Shown: positions 1-10,632, counted from the stretch's first letter. The stretch: DNA of 64,000 nt from an uncultured virus (IMG/VR IMGVR_UViG_3300046746_000620) (IMGVR_UViG_3300046746_000620:1-64000), one strand, 5' to 3'. The notes: generated by a model from the letters alone, not told the origin. Made by a program: numbers and translations.

Positions 1-1095
1 CCAGTTTCTGTCTCTGTCTCTGTTTCAGTCTGAGTTTGTGTTTCTGTCTCTGTCTCTGTTTCAGTCTGAGTTTCAGTTTCTGTTTCAGTTTGGGTTTCTG
101 TCTCTGTTTCAGTCTGAGTACCAGTTTCTGTTTCTGTCTCTGTTTCAGTCTGAGTCTGGGTCTGTGTTTGAGTTTCAGTCTGAGTTTCAGTTTCTGTTTC
201 GGTAAATGTATTTGTCTGAGTTTGAGTCTCTGTTTCAGTTTGAGTCTCTGTTTCAGTTTGAGTCTCTGTTTCAGTTTGAGTTTCTGTCTCTGTTTGAGTC
301 TGAGTACCAGTTTCTGTCTCTGTCTCTGTTTCAGTCTGAGTCTGGGTCTCTGTTTGAGTTTCAGTCTGAGTTTGTGTTTCTGTCTCTGTCTCTGTTTCAG
401 TCTGAGTTTCAGTTTCTGTTTCGGTAAATGTATTTGTCTGAGTTTGAGTCTCTGTTTCAGTTTGAGTTTCTGTCTCTGTTTCAGTCTGAGTACCAGTTTC
501 TGTCTCTGTCTCTGTTTCAGTCTGAGTCTGGGTCTCTGTTTGAGTTTCAGTCTGAGTTTGTGTTTCTGTCTCTGTCTCTGTTTCAGTCTGAGTTTCAGTT
601 TCTGTTTCGGTAAATGTATTTGTCTGAGTTTGAGTCTCTGTTTCAGTTTGAGTTTCTGTCTCTGTTTCAGTCTGAGTACCAGTTTCTGTCTCTGTCTCTG
701 TTTCAGTCTGAGTTTGTGTTTCTGTCTCTGTCTCTGTTTCAGTCTGAGTTTCAGTTTCTGTTTCAGTTTGGGTTTCTGTCTCTGTTTCAGTCTGAGTACC
801 AGTTTCTGTTTCTGTCTCTGTTTCAGTCTGAGTCTGGGTCTCTGTTTGAGTTTCAGTCTGAGTTTCAGTTTCTGTTTCGGTAAATGTATTTGTCTGAGTT
901 TGAGTCTCTGTTTCAGTCTGAGTACCAGTTTCTGTCTCTGTCTCTGTTTCAGTCTGAGTCTGGGTCTCTGTTTGAGTCTGAGTCTGGGTCTCTGTTTGGG
1001 TCTGAGTACCAGTTTCTGTTTGAGTCTCCGTCTCTGTTTCAGTGAATGTATTTGTCTGGGTTTGAGTCTCTGTTTCTGTTTCTGTTTCTGTTTCA
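1..1095. repeat. Coding low-complexity 6-bp-period repeat encoding (T-E/Q)n with higher-order blocks
   Basis: Hexamers such as tctgtt/tcagtc/tgagtt; the block ggtaaatgtatttg (TNTFT) recurs at about 201, 423, 609 and 879. Confidence 0.95.
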
Positions 1096-1505
1096 GAAAT
1101 TGTTGGAGATACTGTCGGGGTTCCATCAGCACAACAACCTAAAGATAGTCTATATATATCTGTAGAACTTGAATGAGAAAATTGAAATTCAGGAATATCA
1201 ACAAATCCTTGCCCTGGTTTTAGAATAATTTTATAAGCTTTTCCGCACTCTAAGGATTTTATTCCAAGGAATGGAATTTGACTTTTAGTAGCTGAACTCG
1301 AATAAGAAGACTCTGAAACTAAATCTTCAAAAGGATGTATAGCATAATAAATTTCTGGATGATTGTGATCGTTGTTATTAGAATCTCCCGCATCAATAGT
1401 TACTAAATCAAAAGGGATACATTTCGCAGCACTTTCTTCAGGACAAGTCCCATACCACCCATAGTAAATTAGGTAATTGGATTGATTTTGATCTAAGCGA
1501 GCCAT
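1..1505 (-). CDS. Thr-X (TETQ) repeat protein, 3'-truncated by the window edge; probable virion-associated protein
   Basis: Not in the ORF track. ATG at 1505, 1 nt after the stop of the upstream gene. I translated MARLDQNQSNYLIYYGWYGTCPEE...LGCCADGTPTVSPTISETETET..., open to the window edge. Confidence 0.8.
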   Translation of the reverse strand, partial: MARLDQNQSNYLIYYGWYGTCPEESAAKCIPFDLVTIDAGDSNNNDHNHPEIYYAIHPFEDLVSESSYSSSATKSQIPFLGIKSLECGKAYKIILKPGQGFVDIPEFQFSHSSSTDIYRLSLGCCADGTPTVSPTISETETETETETQTQTNTFTETETETQTETGTQTQTETQTQTQTETQTQTETETETETGTQTETETQTQTNTFTETETETQTETQTETQTQTETETETETGTQTETETETQTETETETQTETETETETQTQTETETETETGTQTETETETQTETETQTQTNTFTETETETQTETETETETQTQTETQTETQTQTETETETETGTQTETETETQTETETQTQTNTFTETETETQTETETETETQTQTETQTETQTQTETETETETGTQTQTETETQTETETQTETETQTETETQTQTNTFTETETETQTETQTQTQTQTETETETETGTQTETETETQTETETETQTETETETETQTQTETETETET

Positions 1506-1506
1506 G

Positions 1507-4176
1507 TTAACTTATTGTTATAGAATAAACACCTCCGTTAAGATTTACGGTTTGACCCTCTAGCATCTTTACCATGTCTTCTACACTGGTGAATTCTGGG
1601 TAATATGTATCTTTAGGTTGGAATGGGGAGTAATATGATTTGAGCATCATACCTTCAACATACAAATGGTTTTCTACCGAAATAACCGTTTCTGCTTGTA
1701 CGAATCTAGGGCCTGAAGAAAAGAAAGAATTCCATTGTCCAGGATCGCTAGTCCATTCTAGTATAAAAGTCGAATCTGGTACAAGATAACGTACATATAA
1801 ACCACCAGCATCTTCTTCAACAGTAAGACCTGATAGTTTTGTTACCATGTCTTCTACACTAGCGAATTCTGAATAATATGTATCTTTAGGTTGGAATGGG
1901 GAATAATATGATTTGAGCATCATACCTTCAACATACAAATGGTTTTCTACCGAAATAACCGTTCCTGCTTGTACGAATCTAGGGCCTGAGGAAAAGAAAG
2001 AATTCCATTGTCCAGGATCGCTAGTCCATTCTAAATAAAACTTTTTCAATCTAGGAGCTGGCGTTTCAGTTTCTGTTTGAGTAAATGTTTCGGTAGTTGT
2101 TGGTGTTGGGATGATGCTGTTTACATTAACTAATATAATTGTGCTCTGATTAGGGCCTGTAAGCTCTCCTATCCAGCATTCTCCTCCATAAGTATATTTT
2201 ATTGAACCATTAGAAACACCAAATGAAAGAGTTACATATCCTGTAAAGGTTGGATTTTGAACAGAGTCTTGAATGAAATAAGATCTATTCGTTGTATCTG
2301 ATACATCTAAATGGTAAAAGCAAAGAGTGCCTCCATTATCAAAACCATTTACATTAAAACCTGTATCCGCCGAAAATTGTGATCCCGTAGTTCTTGCTTG
2401 AATATCCCCAAACCCATCACAGCAATTAGGCTCAGAAGTTTGTGTTTCTGTTTCAGTCCCTGTTTGGGTTAAAGTAAATGAGCCTGTCTCTGTTTGTGTT
2501 TCTGTATCAGTCTGAGTTTGCGTTTCTGTCTCAGTTTGGGTTTGTGTTTCTGTTTCGGTCTGAGTCTGAGTATGAGTTTCTGTTTCAGTCTGAGTCTGAG
2601 TGCCAGTTTCTGTTTCAGTCTCTGTATCAGTCTGAGTTTGCGTTTCTGTCTCAGTTTGGGTTTGTGTTTCTGTTTCGGTCTGAGTGTGAGTATGAGTTTT
2701 TGTTTCAGTCTGAGTCTGAGTGCCAGTTTCTGTTTCAGTCTCTGTAGTCGTCTGAGTTTCTGTCTCTGTCTCAGTCTGGGTTTGCGTTTCTGTCTCAGTT
2801 TGAGTTTGCGTTTCTGTTTCTGTCTCAGTTTGAGTTTGTGTTTCTGTCTCGGTCTGAGTCTGAGTTTGTGTTTCAGTCTGAGTCTGAGTTTCTGTTTCTG
2901 TTTGGGTAAATGTATTTGTCTGAGTTTGAGTATCTGTTTGGGTCTGAGTGCCAGTTTCTGTTTCAGTCTCTGTAGTCGTCTGAGTTTCTGTCCCTGTCTC
3001 AGTCTGAGTTTGCGTTTCTGTCTCAGTTTGGGTTTGTGTTTCTGTTTCAGTCTGAGTCTGAGTTTGTGTTTCTGTATCTGTATGGGTCTGAGTTTCTGTC
3101 TCGGTCTGAGTCTGAGTCTCTGTTTGAGTCTGAGTACCAGTTTCTGTTTCAGTAAATGTGTTTGTCTGAGTTTCTGTCTCGGTTTGAGTTTGCGTTTCTG
3201 TTTCTGTCTCGGTTTGAGTTTGCGTTTCTGTTTCAGTCTGAGTCTGAGTTTGTGTTTCTGTTTCAGTCTGAGTCTGAGTTTCTGTTTCTGTTTGGGTAAA
3301 TGTATTTGTCTGAGTTTGAGTATCTGTTTGGGTCTGAGTGCCAGTTTCTGTCTCTGTTTCTGTTTCGGTCTGAGTCTGAGTTTCTGTATCTGTTTCCGTA
3401 AATGTATTTGTCTGAGTTTGAGTTTCTGTCTCTGTTTGGGTTTGGGTTTCGGTTTGGGTAAAAGAACCTGTTTCAGTTTTTGTTTCTGTTCTTGTATTAG
3501 TAAATGTATTAGTATAAGTTTGGCTGTTTGTCGCAGTTTCGGTTTGGGTATCTGTATTTGTTTTAGTATGAGTTTGAGTCTCTGTTTCTGTATTAGTATC
3601 AGTTATTGTTGAAGTTTGAGTTGTTGTGTAAGACCCTGTTTCGGTTTGAGTTGGTGTTTCAGTTTCTGTTCTGGTTTGAGTTTGCGTGAATGAACCTGTT
3701 TCGGTTTGAGTCTCTGTAAATGAACCTGTTTCGGTTTCAGTTTCTGTATTTGAGGGAGTTTCCGTCGGGTTTGTTTCTGTTATAGTTGGTGATTTAGGTA
3801 TTGAGTCTATTAGGAAATCAGGTTTATATATAGGATTATGGCAATGAGAAACAGTAAAATCACAACTAGAACTATTTACTTGAATTTTTAAAAAATTAAA
3901 ATTAAAAATTTGTTGATAATTTAATGTGTCTGAAGATTTTGAAGAAACCTCAAGGCTATAAATCTTTACCCAAGATTTTAAATTGATATCATTTGATACA
4001 TATATCGATATATCACTAGGAGAATCAGATTTATTATTTAAAAAAAGTGTAAAAGAATGAGTTAAATGCTTAGATATATCATAGTTTATAGACTCCGAAG
4101 AGCCTGAATCAGTAGGAAGCAATGAACCCGAAAATTCATAGCTAACTGATAGTGTTTTATTTAACTCAGACCTCAT
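1507..4176 (-). CDS. 889-aa Thr-X repeat protein with a Cys module and a duplicated C-terminal domain; putative virion surface protein
   Basis: About 440-aa TxTxT tract, then a CCDG...GGECW module, then two copies of WTSDPGQWNSFFSSGPRF... Confidence 0.75.
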   Translation of the reverse strand: MRSELNKTLSVSYEFSGSLLPTDSGSSESINYDISKHLTHSFTLFLNNKSDSPSDISIYVSNDINLKSWVKIYSLEVSSKSSDTLNYQQIFNFNFLKIQVNSSSCDFTVSHCHNPIYKPDFLIDSIPKSPTITETNPTETPSNTETETETGSFTETQTETGSFTQTQTRTETETPTQTETGSYTTTQTSTITDTNTETETQTHTKTNTDTQTETATNSQTYTNTFTNTRTETKTETGSFTQTETQTQTETETQTQTNTFTETDTETQTQTETETETETGTQTQTDTQTQTNTFTQTETETQTQTETETQTQTQTETETQTQTETETETQTQTETETQTNTFTETETGTQTQTETQTQTETETQTHTDTETQTQTQTETETQTQTETETQTQTETGTETQTTTETETETGTQTQTDTQTQTNTFTQTETETQTQTETQTQTQTETETQTQTETETETQTQTETETQTQTETETETQTTTETETETGTQTQTETKTHTHTQTETETQTQTETETQTQTDTETETETGTQTQTETETHTQTQTETETQTQTETETQTQTDTETQTETGSFTLTQTGTETETQTSEPNCCDGFGDIQARTTGSQFSADTGFNVNGFDNGGTLCFYHLDVSDTTNRSYFIQDSVQNPTFTGYVTLSFGVSNGSIKYTYGGECWIGELTGPNQSTIILVNVNSIIPTPTTTETFTQTETETPAPRLKKFYLEWTSDPGQWNSFFSSGPRFVQAGTVISVENHLYVEGMMLKSYYSPFQPKDTYYSEFASVEDMVTKLSGLTVEEDAGGLYVRYLVPDSTFILEWTSDPGQWNSFFSSGPRFVQAETVISVENHLYVEGMMLKSYYSPFQPKDTYYPEFTSVEDMVKMLEGQTVNLNGGVYSITIS
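1569..2033. repeat. 192-bp direct repeat (1569-1760 and 1842-2033), period 273 bp
   Basis: Aligned by eye: 7 mismatches, all transitions; in-frame 91-codon period. Confidence 0.95.
2440..3780. repeat. Coding Thr-X low-complexity repeat
   Basis: Encodes TETQTQTETE... on the minus strand. Confidence 0.95.
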
Positions 4177-4251
4177 AATAAACTAATAAAAGTATTTTAC
4201 ACGAAAATACTTTTAGAAGCCGATTTTATATAAAAAAAGTTACATTTTAGA

Positions 4252-5184
4252 TTACTCTCTAAGGTCTGCTGATGATTTATTACTCAAATACCAGTTTATT
4301 GTTTGCTCAAGACCTTCCTCAAAAGAAATGGGATGAAAGTCTGGGAAAATAATTTTCATTTTTGAGACATCTAACACTTTTCTTTGTACTCCATTTGGTT
4401 TTGATGTATCCCATTTCAAATCTCCTTTGTATTTTATAAATTTAGCAGTTAAATCAGCAAGTTCTTTGATTGATGTCCCAATACCTGTCCCGATGTTTAC
4501 AGGATCTAGATCGTGATCAACATTTACAGACATAGAAATAACCTTGGCAGCATCCTTAACGTGTAAAAATTCTCTAACAGGACTTCCATCACCCCAATTA
4601 GTAATTTCGGGTTCATTTATTTGATCAGAAAACCTTTTTATTAAAGCTGATACTACATGAGCTCGATATTCTTGAAATACATCGTGTTCTCCGTATAAGT
4701 TAGTAAGCACTAGGTGGTTTCCTAATAATCCATATTGTTGATAATAAGATTTTTGAGCTATTAATTGAATTTTTTTTGAAGAGCCGTAGCCGATAACAGA
4801 ATCGTGCATGGGGCCATTCCAAAAATCTTTTTCTTTCATATCTCCTTCGACGTGACCTGGGTAAGCACAGGCAGAACCTACAGCAACAACTTTATTAACA
4901 TCGTTTTTTGCCGCAGCCTCATAAATATTAGCTGTCATTAAAGTGTTATTCCTGAAGAGGTTAGCGGGCTCTTCGACATTAATGTTTAATCCGCCATAAT
5001 ATGCAGCCGAATGAATTATGACTTCTGGCTTATGTTTTTTAATATAATTAAAAGTTGAATTATAATCATAAAGATTAAACTCAGAGCTTCTTGGAGCAAG
5101 GACTTCGAATTTTTTTTCGCACTCGCTAACGATTTGCCTCCCCAGAAAACCTGAACCGCCTGTAACTAATATTTTTTTATACAT
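4252..5184 (-). CDS. fcl: GDP-L-fucose synthase (extended SDR)
   Basis: GGSGFLG, HSAAYYGG, GSACAYP, YGSSK, NLYGEHD, WGDGSPVREFLHVKD and WDTSKPNG match Fcl/WcaG signatures. Confidence 0.85.
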   Translation of the reverse strand: MYKKILVTGGSGFLGRQIVSECEKKFEVLAPRSSEFNLYDYNSTFNYIKKHKPEVIIHSAAYYGGLNINVEEPANLFRNNTLMTANIYEAAAKNDVNKVVAVGSACAYPGHVEGDMKEKDFWNGPMHDSVIGYGSSKKIQLIAQKSYYQQYGLLGNHLVLTNLYGEHDVFQEYRAHVVSALIKRFSDQINEPEITNWGDGSPVREFLHVKDAAKVISMSVNVDHDLDPVNIGTGIGTSIKELADLTAKFIKYKGDLKWDTSKPNGVQRKVLDVSKMKIIFPDFHPISFEEGLEQTINWYLSNKSSADLRE

Positions 5185-6109
5185 TTTTATATTTACTCCT
5201 ACTATCTAAAGCTGGAACAGCTTGAATTAATTCGTTAATACCTTCTTCTATAGTTTTTTTAATATTAAATCCTATATTATTTATTTTCTTATAAGACACT
5301 TCATAATTCCTTTTATCTTCATCTTCTCCAAACTCCGCAAAATGAAGATAGTAATCTACTTTGTCTTTTATCATCAAAGCTATTTCTTCTTTACTAAAGT
5401 TATTAAAATCTCCCCCAACATTATAAGTATTATTCTTCATAATATCATAATTCTCTATAGCATAAACTATACTATCAGCCATATCATCTACATGAATAAA
5501 AGTTCTTTTGAAGCTTTTTTCAAACATAACAAGAGTTTTGTTATTAATAGCCTGATAGACAAAATCATTAATAAGAAGATCTAATCTCATCCTTGGAGAC
5601 AAACCAAAAGCTGTGGCAAAACGATAAGCTACGGCACCATTTTCATTTAAAAAAATATTTTCAGCTTCAGTTTTAGTTGTTCCATATAAACTTATAGGGT
5701 TTAAAGGAGTTTCTTCAGTGCAAATTTCATTTTCAATAACTCCATAGTTAGACCCTGTTGAAGCATATACAGTTCCTTGATCTTTGGATAATAAGGACGA
5801 TATTAATTTAGAAGAGTCTACGTTAACTGTTTTTGCTAAATCTGGATTCTTTCTGCAAGCTGGAAACCCAACAATAGCCGCCAAATGTATAACAAATTCA
5901 AAGTTATGAACTAAGTTTTTCATTAAAGTTTCATCTCTAGCATCTCCTTTGATGAATTTAAACTTTTTATTTTTAAAAAAGGGGATAATTGTATGACCAT
6001 TGTCGTACATCAAATTATCGACAACACAGACCTTAAACCCTTTTTCTAATAATTTGGGAACTAAAACAGAACCCACGTATCCAGCACCTCCAGTAACTAA
6101 AATTTTCAT
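5177..6109 (-). CDS. NAD-dependent nucleotide-sugar epimerase/dehydratase
   Basis: TGGAGYVG, HLAAIVG, YGTTK catalytic motif, RFATAFGLSPRMRLDLLINDF. Confidence 0.85.
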   Translation of the reverse strand: MKILVTGGAGYVGSVLVPKLLEKGFKVCVVDNLMYDNGHTIIPFFKNKKFKFIKGDARDETLMKNLVHNFEFVIHLAAIVGFPACRKNPDLAKTVNVDSSKLISSLLSKDQGTVYASTGSNYGVIENEICTEETPLNPISLYGTTKTEAENIFLNENGAVAYRFATAFGLSPRMRLDLLINDFVYQAINNKTLVMFEKSFKRTFIHVDDMADSIVYAIENYDIMKNNTYNVGGDFNNFSKEEIALMIKDKVDYYLHFAEFGEDEDKRNYEVSYKKINNIGFNIKKTIEEGINELIQAVPALDSRSKYKNV

Positions 6110-6155
6110 AATATGTTTATTATGAATAGTAAATTACTTTTACTAAAAATCTAAA

Positions 6156-6932
6156 CTAATAATTAAAAAAATTACTTTTATAAAGAGGTGAATTTAGTTT
6201 TTCATCTAAATTAGAGCTATGATACTGGTGGTAGAAGTCGAAATTTAACTTTAGACCTAAATTGTAAACAGGGTTATGAGCGCATAAAGAATTTATAAAA
6301 TTGATATCAATGTATTTTTTAAATATTAAATCTTCATTCAAAAAACTTCTTTGATTGATAAGAGATTTATTGAAAATAAATATTCCTCTAGCTGAACCAA
6401 AGAAAGGGCAAATATTATTTCTATAAAAACAATTATAGGCATAGTGAGGTTGATTAATTACAAACTCATTTATGTCGTCACTTAAAACATGTTTTATTGG
6501 ATCTTTCGATTGTAATTCGTCTAAAGATCTAGATTGGGAATAAGCGAGATTAGGTAGCTTGCTCGAAGAAAAAAACCAGTCAAAGAAAGATATTCCAGGA
6601 ATTGTGTCTTGGTCAATTTTTAATATAAAATTAAAAGAGCAGTGATCTATGCAAAAGTTTAATGCATGTGGTATTGAAAAAACTGACTCTTTACAAAATT
6701 TTTTTGAAGGAGTTAATATTTTAATAAAATCTTTTTTTTTGTATAGATTAATTGATTCAATAATAGGAGTTTCTGAGAAGTAGTCACAAACTATAATCTC
6801 TACTCGATTGATTAAATTTAATTTTTCTATAAAAAAAGTAATACAATTTAATGTATTTGTTAATCTTTTAAGCGAAGATCCTTTATAGAAATCATTTCTT
6901 GAGCAAAGAATAATGCTTAATTTTTCGTTCAT
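6156..6932 (-). CDS. Putative GT-A fold glycosyltransferase-like protein
   Basis: N-terminal LSIILCSRND, EIIVCDY, DQD (DxD-like), YHQYH; sits in a sugar-metabolism cluster. Confidence 0.5.
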   Translation of the reverse strand: MNEKLSIILCSRNDFYKGSSLKRLTNTLNCITFFIEKLNLINRVEIIVCDYFSETPIIESINLYKKKDFIKILTPSKKFCKESVFSIPHALNFCIDHCSFNFILKIDQDTIPGISFFDWFFSSSKLPNLAYSQSRSLDELQSKDPIKHVLSDDINEFVINQPHYAYNCFYRNNICPFFGSARGIFIFNKSLINQRSFLNEDLIFKKYIDINFINSLCAHNPVYNLGLKLNFDFYHQYHSSNLDEKLNSPLYKSNFFNY

Positions 6933-6934
6933 GA

Positions 6935-7294
6935 TTAAATAAAGTTTGATATATGATCACTACTAAAAGAAAAATAAAAAGAATCTTCATTTAAATAGTA
7001 AGTATTTTTGAAATTAAATGGCAAACTTTTATCACTTTTATAAATTATAACATGATTCAGGAGATTAACAGGTAATTCATAATCTTTAGATGATCTTATA
7101 TTTTTAAAAATTTTTTTTAAAAAAACCTCATGATCAGAACTTAAACTTATTAAATAAAAAATAGAATTATTTAATAGCAAGCTACATTTGTTCATTTGAG
7201 CTACTAAAGTATTAGTTAAATGAATAGGTAATTGAGGTGCATAAATACCCACACAAAATTTATTGTTTTTTTTAATTGAATTATATACGCTCAA
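6935..7294 (-). CDS. Hypothetical protein
   Basis: ORF tightly packed between neighbours. Confidence 0.55.
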   Translation of the reverse strand: MSVYNSIKKNNKFCVGIYAPQLPIHLTNTLVAQMNKCSLLLNNSIFYLISLSSDHEVFLKKIFKNIRSSKDYELPVNLLNHVIIYKSDKSLPFNFKNTYYLNEDSFYFSFSSDHISNFI

Positions 7295-7977
7295 GATTTT
7301 TTATGAAGAATTTTTGTATTGGGATATAAACTAATAACCTCATCTAAAGTTTTTTTTGAATCAATAGGGTCGCTTATGTTGACGATAAAGTCTGTATTAA
7401 TAAAATTATTATAATAATCTTTATCATTTTTGCAAGATTCATAAATCGCAACATCAAAACTTAAATAACTTAATCCATGAGAGACTTTTCTAAGTAAAAA
7501 TTTTTCAGATTTATCTAATATTTTTTTTAATTGTTTAGAGTTTTTATAAATAGCAACTCCATTTAAATGCTCTCGATAACTTAAGTTTTTATGATATACA
7601 TTATCGCCTTTATATTTTGATCCTGCTATAATAAAATTATTATTATTTACAAAAATTAAAAAAGTAGAGATCCACCCGTCTATTAACTCAACATCTGTTT
7701 CTAATAGTAGAAAACTTTTGTATTTTATTGGGTAATCAATTAAGTAGTTTAATGATTCAAAGAAAAGAATATTAGGGCCAGATGTTAAACTATAAGGAGT
7801 TATTTCCGTCGGATTAAAAGGGTGAAAACTTTTATCATAAACATCTTCCGAGCTATTTAAATTTAAATTTACAAAATATATATTAAAATTATACTTTAAC
7901 TTTTTTTCTTTTATATATTTCTCAAAGCTTTTGCTTGAAGCATTTACAAAAATAAAAAAATCAAATACATCACGCAA
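7291..7977 (-). CDS. Hypothetical protein, possibly glycosyltransferase-like
   Basis: LLETDV, HLNGVAIY and FDVAI motifs; start uncertain (TTG). Confidence 0.45.
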   Translation of the reverse strand: MRDVFDFFIFVNASSKSFEKYIKEKKLKYNFNIYFVNLNLNSSEDVYDKSFHPFNPTEITPYSLTSGPNILFFESLNYLIDYPIKYKSFLLLETDVELIDGWISTFLIFVNNNNFIIAGSKYKGDNVYHKNLSYREHLNGVAIYKNSKQLKKILDKSEKFLLRKVSHGLSYLSFDVAIYESCKNDKDYYNNFINTDFIVNISDPIDSKKTLDEVISLYPNTKILHKKS

Positions 7978-8097
7978 ATTATTATTTATATTTTTTTTAA
8001 AAAAATTTTCTAAACTTCCATTTTTATACTCTTTTAAAGTGCAAAGTAAAAAAATGCAGTTATATATTTTATTTTTTTTTTATATTTTTTCAATATA

Positions 8098-10551
8098 TTA
8101 CTGGCAGCTTTCACAAGATTCTCCTTTAGCTCTAGCCTCTAGGCTACAAGATTTAGGTTCAGATTTAGATTCACCTGTGGATTTTTCTACTTTACTAGCA
8201 GCTCTATTGCGTAAATAATATGTAGTTTTAAGTCCTAACTGCCAACACTTAAAGTAAATATCATTTAAATATTTTAAGGATGTTGTTTTGTTATAAAGGT
8301 TAAAACTTATAGCTTGATCAACCCACTTTTGACGAACAGAATTGATTTCTATTAATTTTAACATGTCTCTATCAAATGCAGTTTTATACTTATTTTTTAA
8401 ATCTTCTGGAATATTTTCGTTAGTTAGAGATAAATCACCATCAATGCTTTTTATGAATGAAGCTATTTCTGGATTCCAGAGACCTCTATCTTTCATATCA
8501 TTGACAAAATGAGGATTAGTGATGTAGAAATTACCACTTTTATTTTCATAAACAAAAAGAACAGAAAAATTAGGTTCAATACTTTGCTCCACACCATTTA
8601 TATATCCTATGGTTGCGGTTGGAGCTATAGCCATTACATTTGAATTTCTCATACCATGCTTAGAAATATGACTCCTAACTTTTTCCCAATCTTTTAGATT
8701 TTCTGTAGATTTGTTTTTTTCTCCCCTGTATGACATTAAATTATTGAAAGAGTCAATAGGTAGAATATTTTTACTCCACAGTGATCCATTATAACTACTA
8801 TAAGATCCTTTTTCTCTAGCTAAAAGGGAGCTGGCATAAATTGCATGACAGGAATAAAACTCAAAAAGTTTGTCGTTAAAACTCTTAGCTTCATCGCTGT
8901 CAATTTGAATATTCATTTTATGTAAAACATCGTGTATTGACATCATTCCTAGGCCAATTGGTCTATGCTTTAAGTTGCTATTTTCAGCTTCTTTTGTTGG
9001 GTAGAAATTTAGATCAATTACATTATCAAGTATTCTAATAGCTGTATGTATTGTTGATTTTAATTTATTAAAATCGATGCAATAACCAGTTTTGCCATGA
9101 GTTGTTTTTTCTTTTAAATGATTTAATATATTGATAGAACCTAAATTGCAAACAGCTGTTTCTCCTATTTCTGTTTTTTCTCCCTGATTGTATTTTGATG
9201 GTTTTGTGTGTAGAGTAATTTCCGTGCAAAGATTTGAGCTATTGACCGCACCCTTATGTTGATTAGTGTATCGAATATTACAGGGGTCTTTAAATGTATT
9301 CCATGGGTGAGATGTTTCAAAGAGAACTTTAAGCATTTTTTTCCAAAGATCTTTTGCGGGGATTATCCGATAATTTTTAATTAAACCTGCATCTGCCGCT
9401 TTGCATAACTCATCGTATCGAGTGTCAAACTGATCTCCGAAAAGATCATGCAAGGTTTTTCCGTCATCACCTTCTGTATCTTTTGGGTCAAAGAAATACC
9501 AAACATCTTCTTTTTGGACCCTACGCATAAATTCATCAGGAATCCATGCTGCGGTATTCATGTCGTGACAGCGTAAGCGGTCGTCTCCTGTATTTCTCCT
9601 TAAGTTTAAAAAATCTTCAAAATCTAAATGCCATGGCTCTAAATAAGCACATCCAGCACCTGGGCGCTTCCCTCCTTGATTGACAGCAACTAAAAGGTCG
9701 TTGTATATTTTCAACCAAGGAACTAAACCGCTAGAAATACCATTAGTCCCTTCAATATGAGAACCTGTAGAACGAAATGGTGTTACATCAAGACCTAAGC
9801 CTCCAGCATATTTTGATTTGCGAGCTTCTTGCCAAGCACCGTCAAATATCCCATCAATACTATCATCAAAAGTATTTAAGTAGCAGGAACTAAGTTGAGA
9901 GTGAGTGGTTCCGCTATTAAAAAGAGTTGGGGTTGAGGGAGTGTACAAGAATTGACTAAACAAATTGTAAAATTCTATAGCTTTTTCGTTTTTATTTTTT
10001 TCGTTGATTGCTAGTCCCATTGCGACTCGCATCCAAAAACTTTGGGGAGCCTCCATGCATTTTTCATCCACCCTAATAAAATATCTGTCTGTTAAAATCT
10101 GTATACCTAAATATTTAAAATCTAAATCTCTTCTAATTTTAATAGATTCAGCAAGCTTTTGTAAGTCGAAGTTTAGTAATTTTTCATCAAGCCTGTTTTC
10201 TTTTACTAGCTTTTTTGTATTTTGAATGAAACTTTTTCTATATTGTAATTTAAAAGTGTCTGAATCCACACCTTCTTTAAAAACTTCTTTATATAGATTA
10301 TTTAATAATAATCTAGCCGCAGCAAAAGAGTAATTAGGCTCTTTTTCTATTTTTTCTCTAGCTGATAAAATCAAAGCTTGATCGATCTCTTTTGTTGTTA
10401 TTTTGTCAAAAAGCTGTAATTGTGCATCTAGAACTATTTCGCTGGCAGATACATCGGTAATTCCTTCACAAGCTCTTTGCGAGCTTGCATTAATTTTATC
10501 TACATGAAATTTTTCAAGCCTTCCGTTTCTTTTCTTTACTTTTATATTCAT
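8098..10551 (-). CDS. nrdA: Class I ribonucleotide reductase alpha subunit with N-terminal ATP cone
   Basis: VKKRNG ATP cone, TPTLFNSG, SSCYL, NQGGKRPG, SNLCTEI, VCNLGSIN, APTATI, GLKTTYYLR, C-terminal CESCQ. Confidence 0.97.
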   Translation of the reverse strand: MNIKVKKRNGRLEKFHVDKINASSQRACEGITDVSASEIVLDAQLQLFDKITTKEIDQALILSAREKIEKEPNYSFAAARLLLNNLYKEVFKEGVDSDTFKLQYRKSFIQNTKKLVKENRLDEKLLNFDLQKLAESIKIRRDLDFKYLGIQILTDRYFIRVDEKCMEAPQSFWMRVAMGLAINEKNKNEKAIEFYNLFSQFLYTPSTPTLFNSGTTHSQLSSCYLNTFDDSIDGIFDGAWQEARKSKYAGGLGLDVTPFRSTGSHIEGTNGISSGLVPWLKIYNDLLVAVNQGGKRPGAGCAYLEPWHLDFEDFLNLRRNTGDDRLRCHDMNTAAWIPDEFMRRVQKEDVWYFFDPKDTEGDDGKTLHDLFGDQFDTRYDELCKAADAGLIKNYRIIPAKDLWKKMLKVLFETSHPWNTFKDPCNIRYTNQHKGAVNSSNLCTEITLHTKPSKYNQGEKTEIGETAVCNLGSINILNHLKEKTTHGKTGYCIDFNKLKSTIHTAIRILDNVIDLNFYPTKEAENSNLKHRPIGLGMMSIHDVLHKMNIQIDSDEAKSFNDKLFEFYSCHAIYASSLLAREKGSYSSYNGSLWSKNILPIDSFNNLMSYRGEKNKSTENLKDWEKVRSHISKHGMRNSNVMAIAPTATIGYINGVEQSIEPNFSVLFVYENKSGNFYITNPHFVNDMKDRGLWNPEIASFIKSIDGDLSLTNENIPEDLKNKYKTAFDRDMLKLIEINSVRQKWVDQAISFNLYNKTTSLKYLNDIYFKCWQLGLKTTYYLRNRAASKVEKSTGESKSEPKSCSLEARAKGESCESCQ

Positions 10552-10632
10552 ATAATTTTAGATATTTTGCAATGATAACACATTACACTAATATAATCAA
10601 GACGAAACAGAAAAAAAGATATTAACAAAAAA

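Noticed and set aside
36..1142. Plus-strand Cys/Leu/Ser/Phe ORFs (36-1142, 206-883, 2478-3612, 44070-45281)
   Set aside because: Antisense shadows of the Thr-X repeats; the minus-strand frames have globular domains and operon coupling.
1569..2033. Diversity-generating retroelement TR/VR pair
   Set aside because: Mismatches are not adenine-specific (5 C/T and 2 A/G on the coding strand), both copies are in one ORF, and no reverse transcriptase is in the window.
8098..10551. Intein or intron in nrdA, or in terL
   Set aside because: Both are uninterrupted, of normal length, and lack splice motifs.
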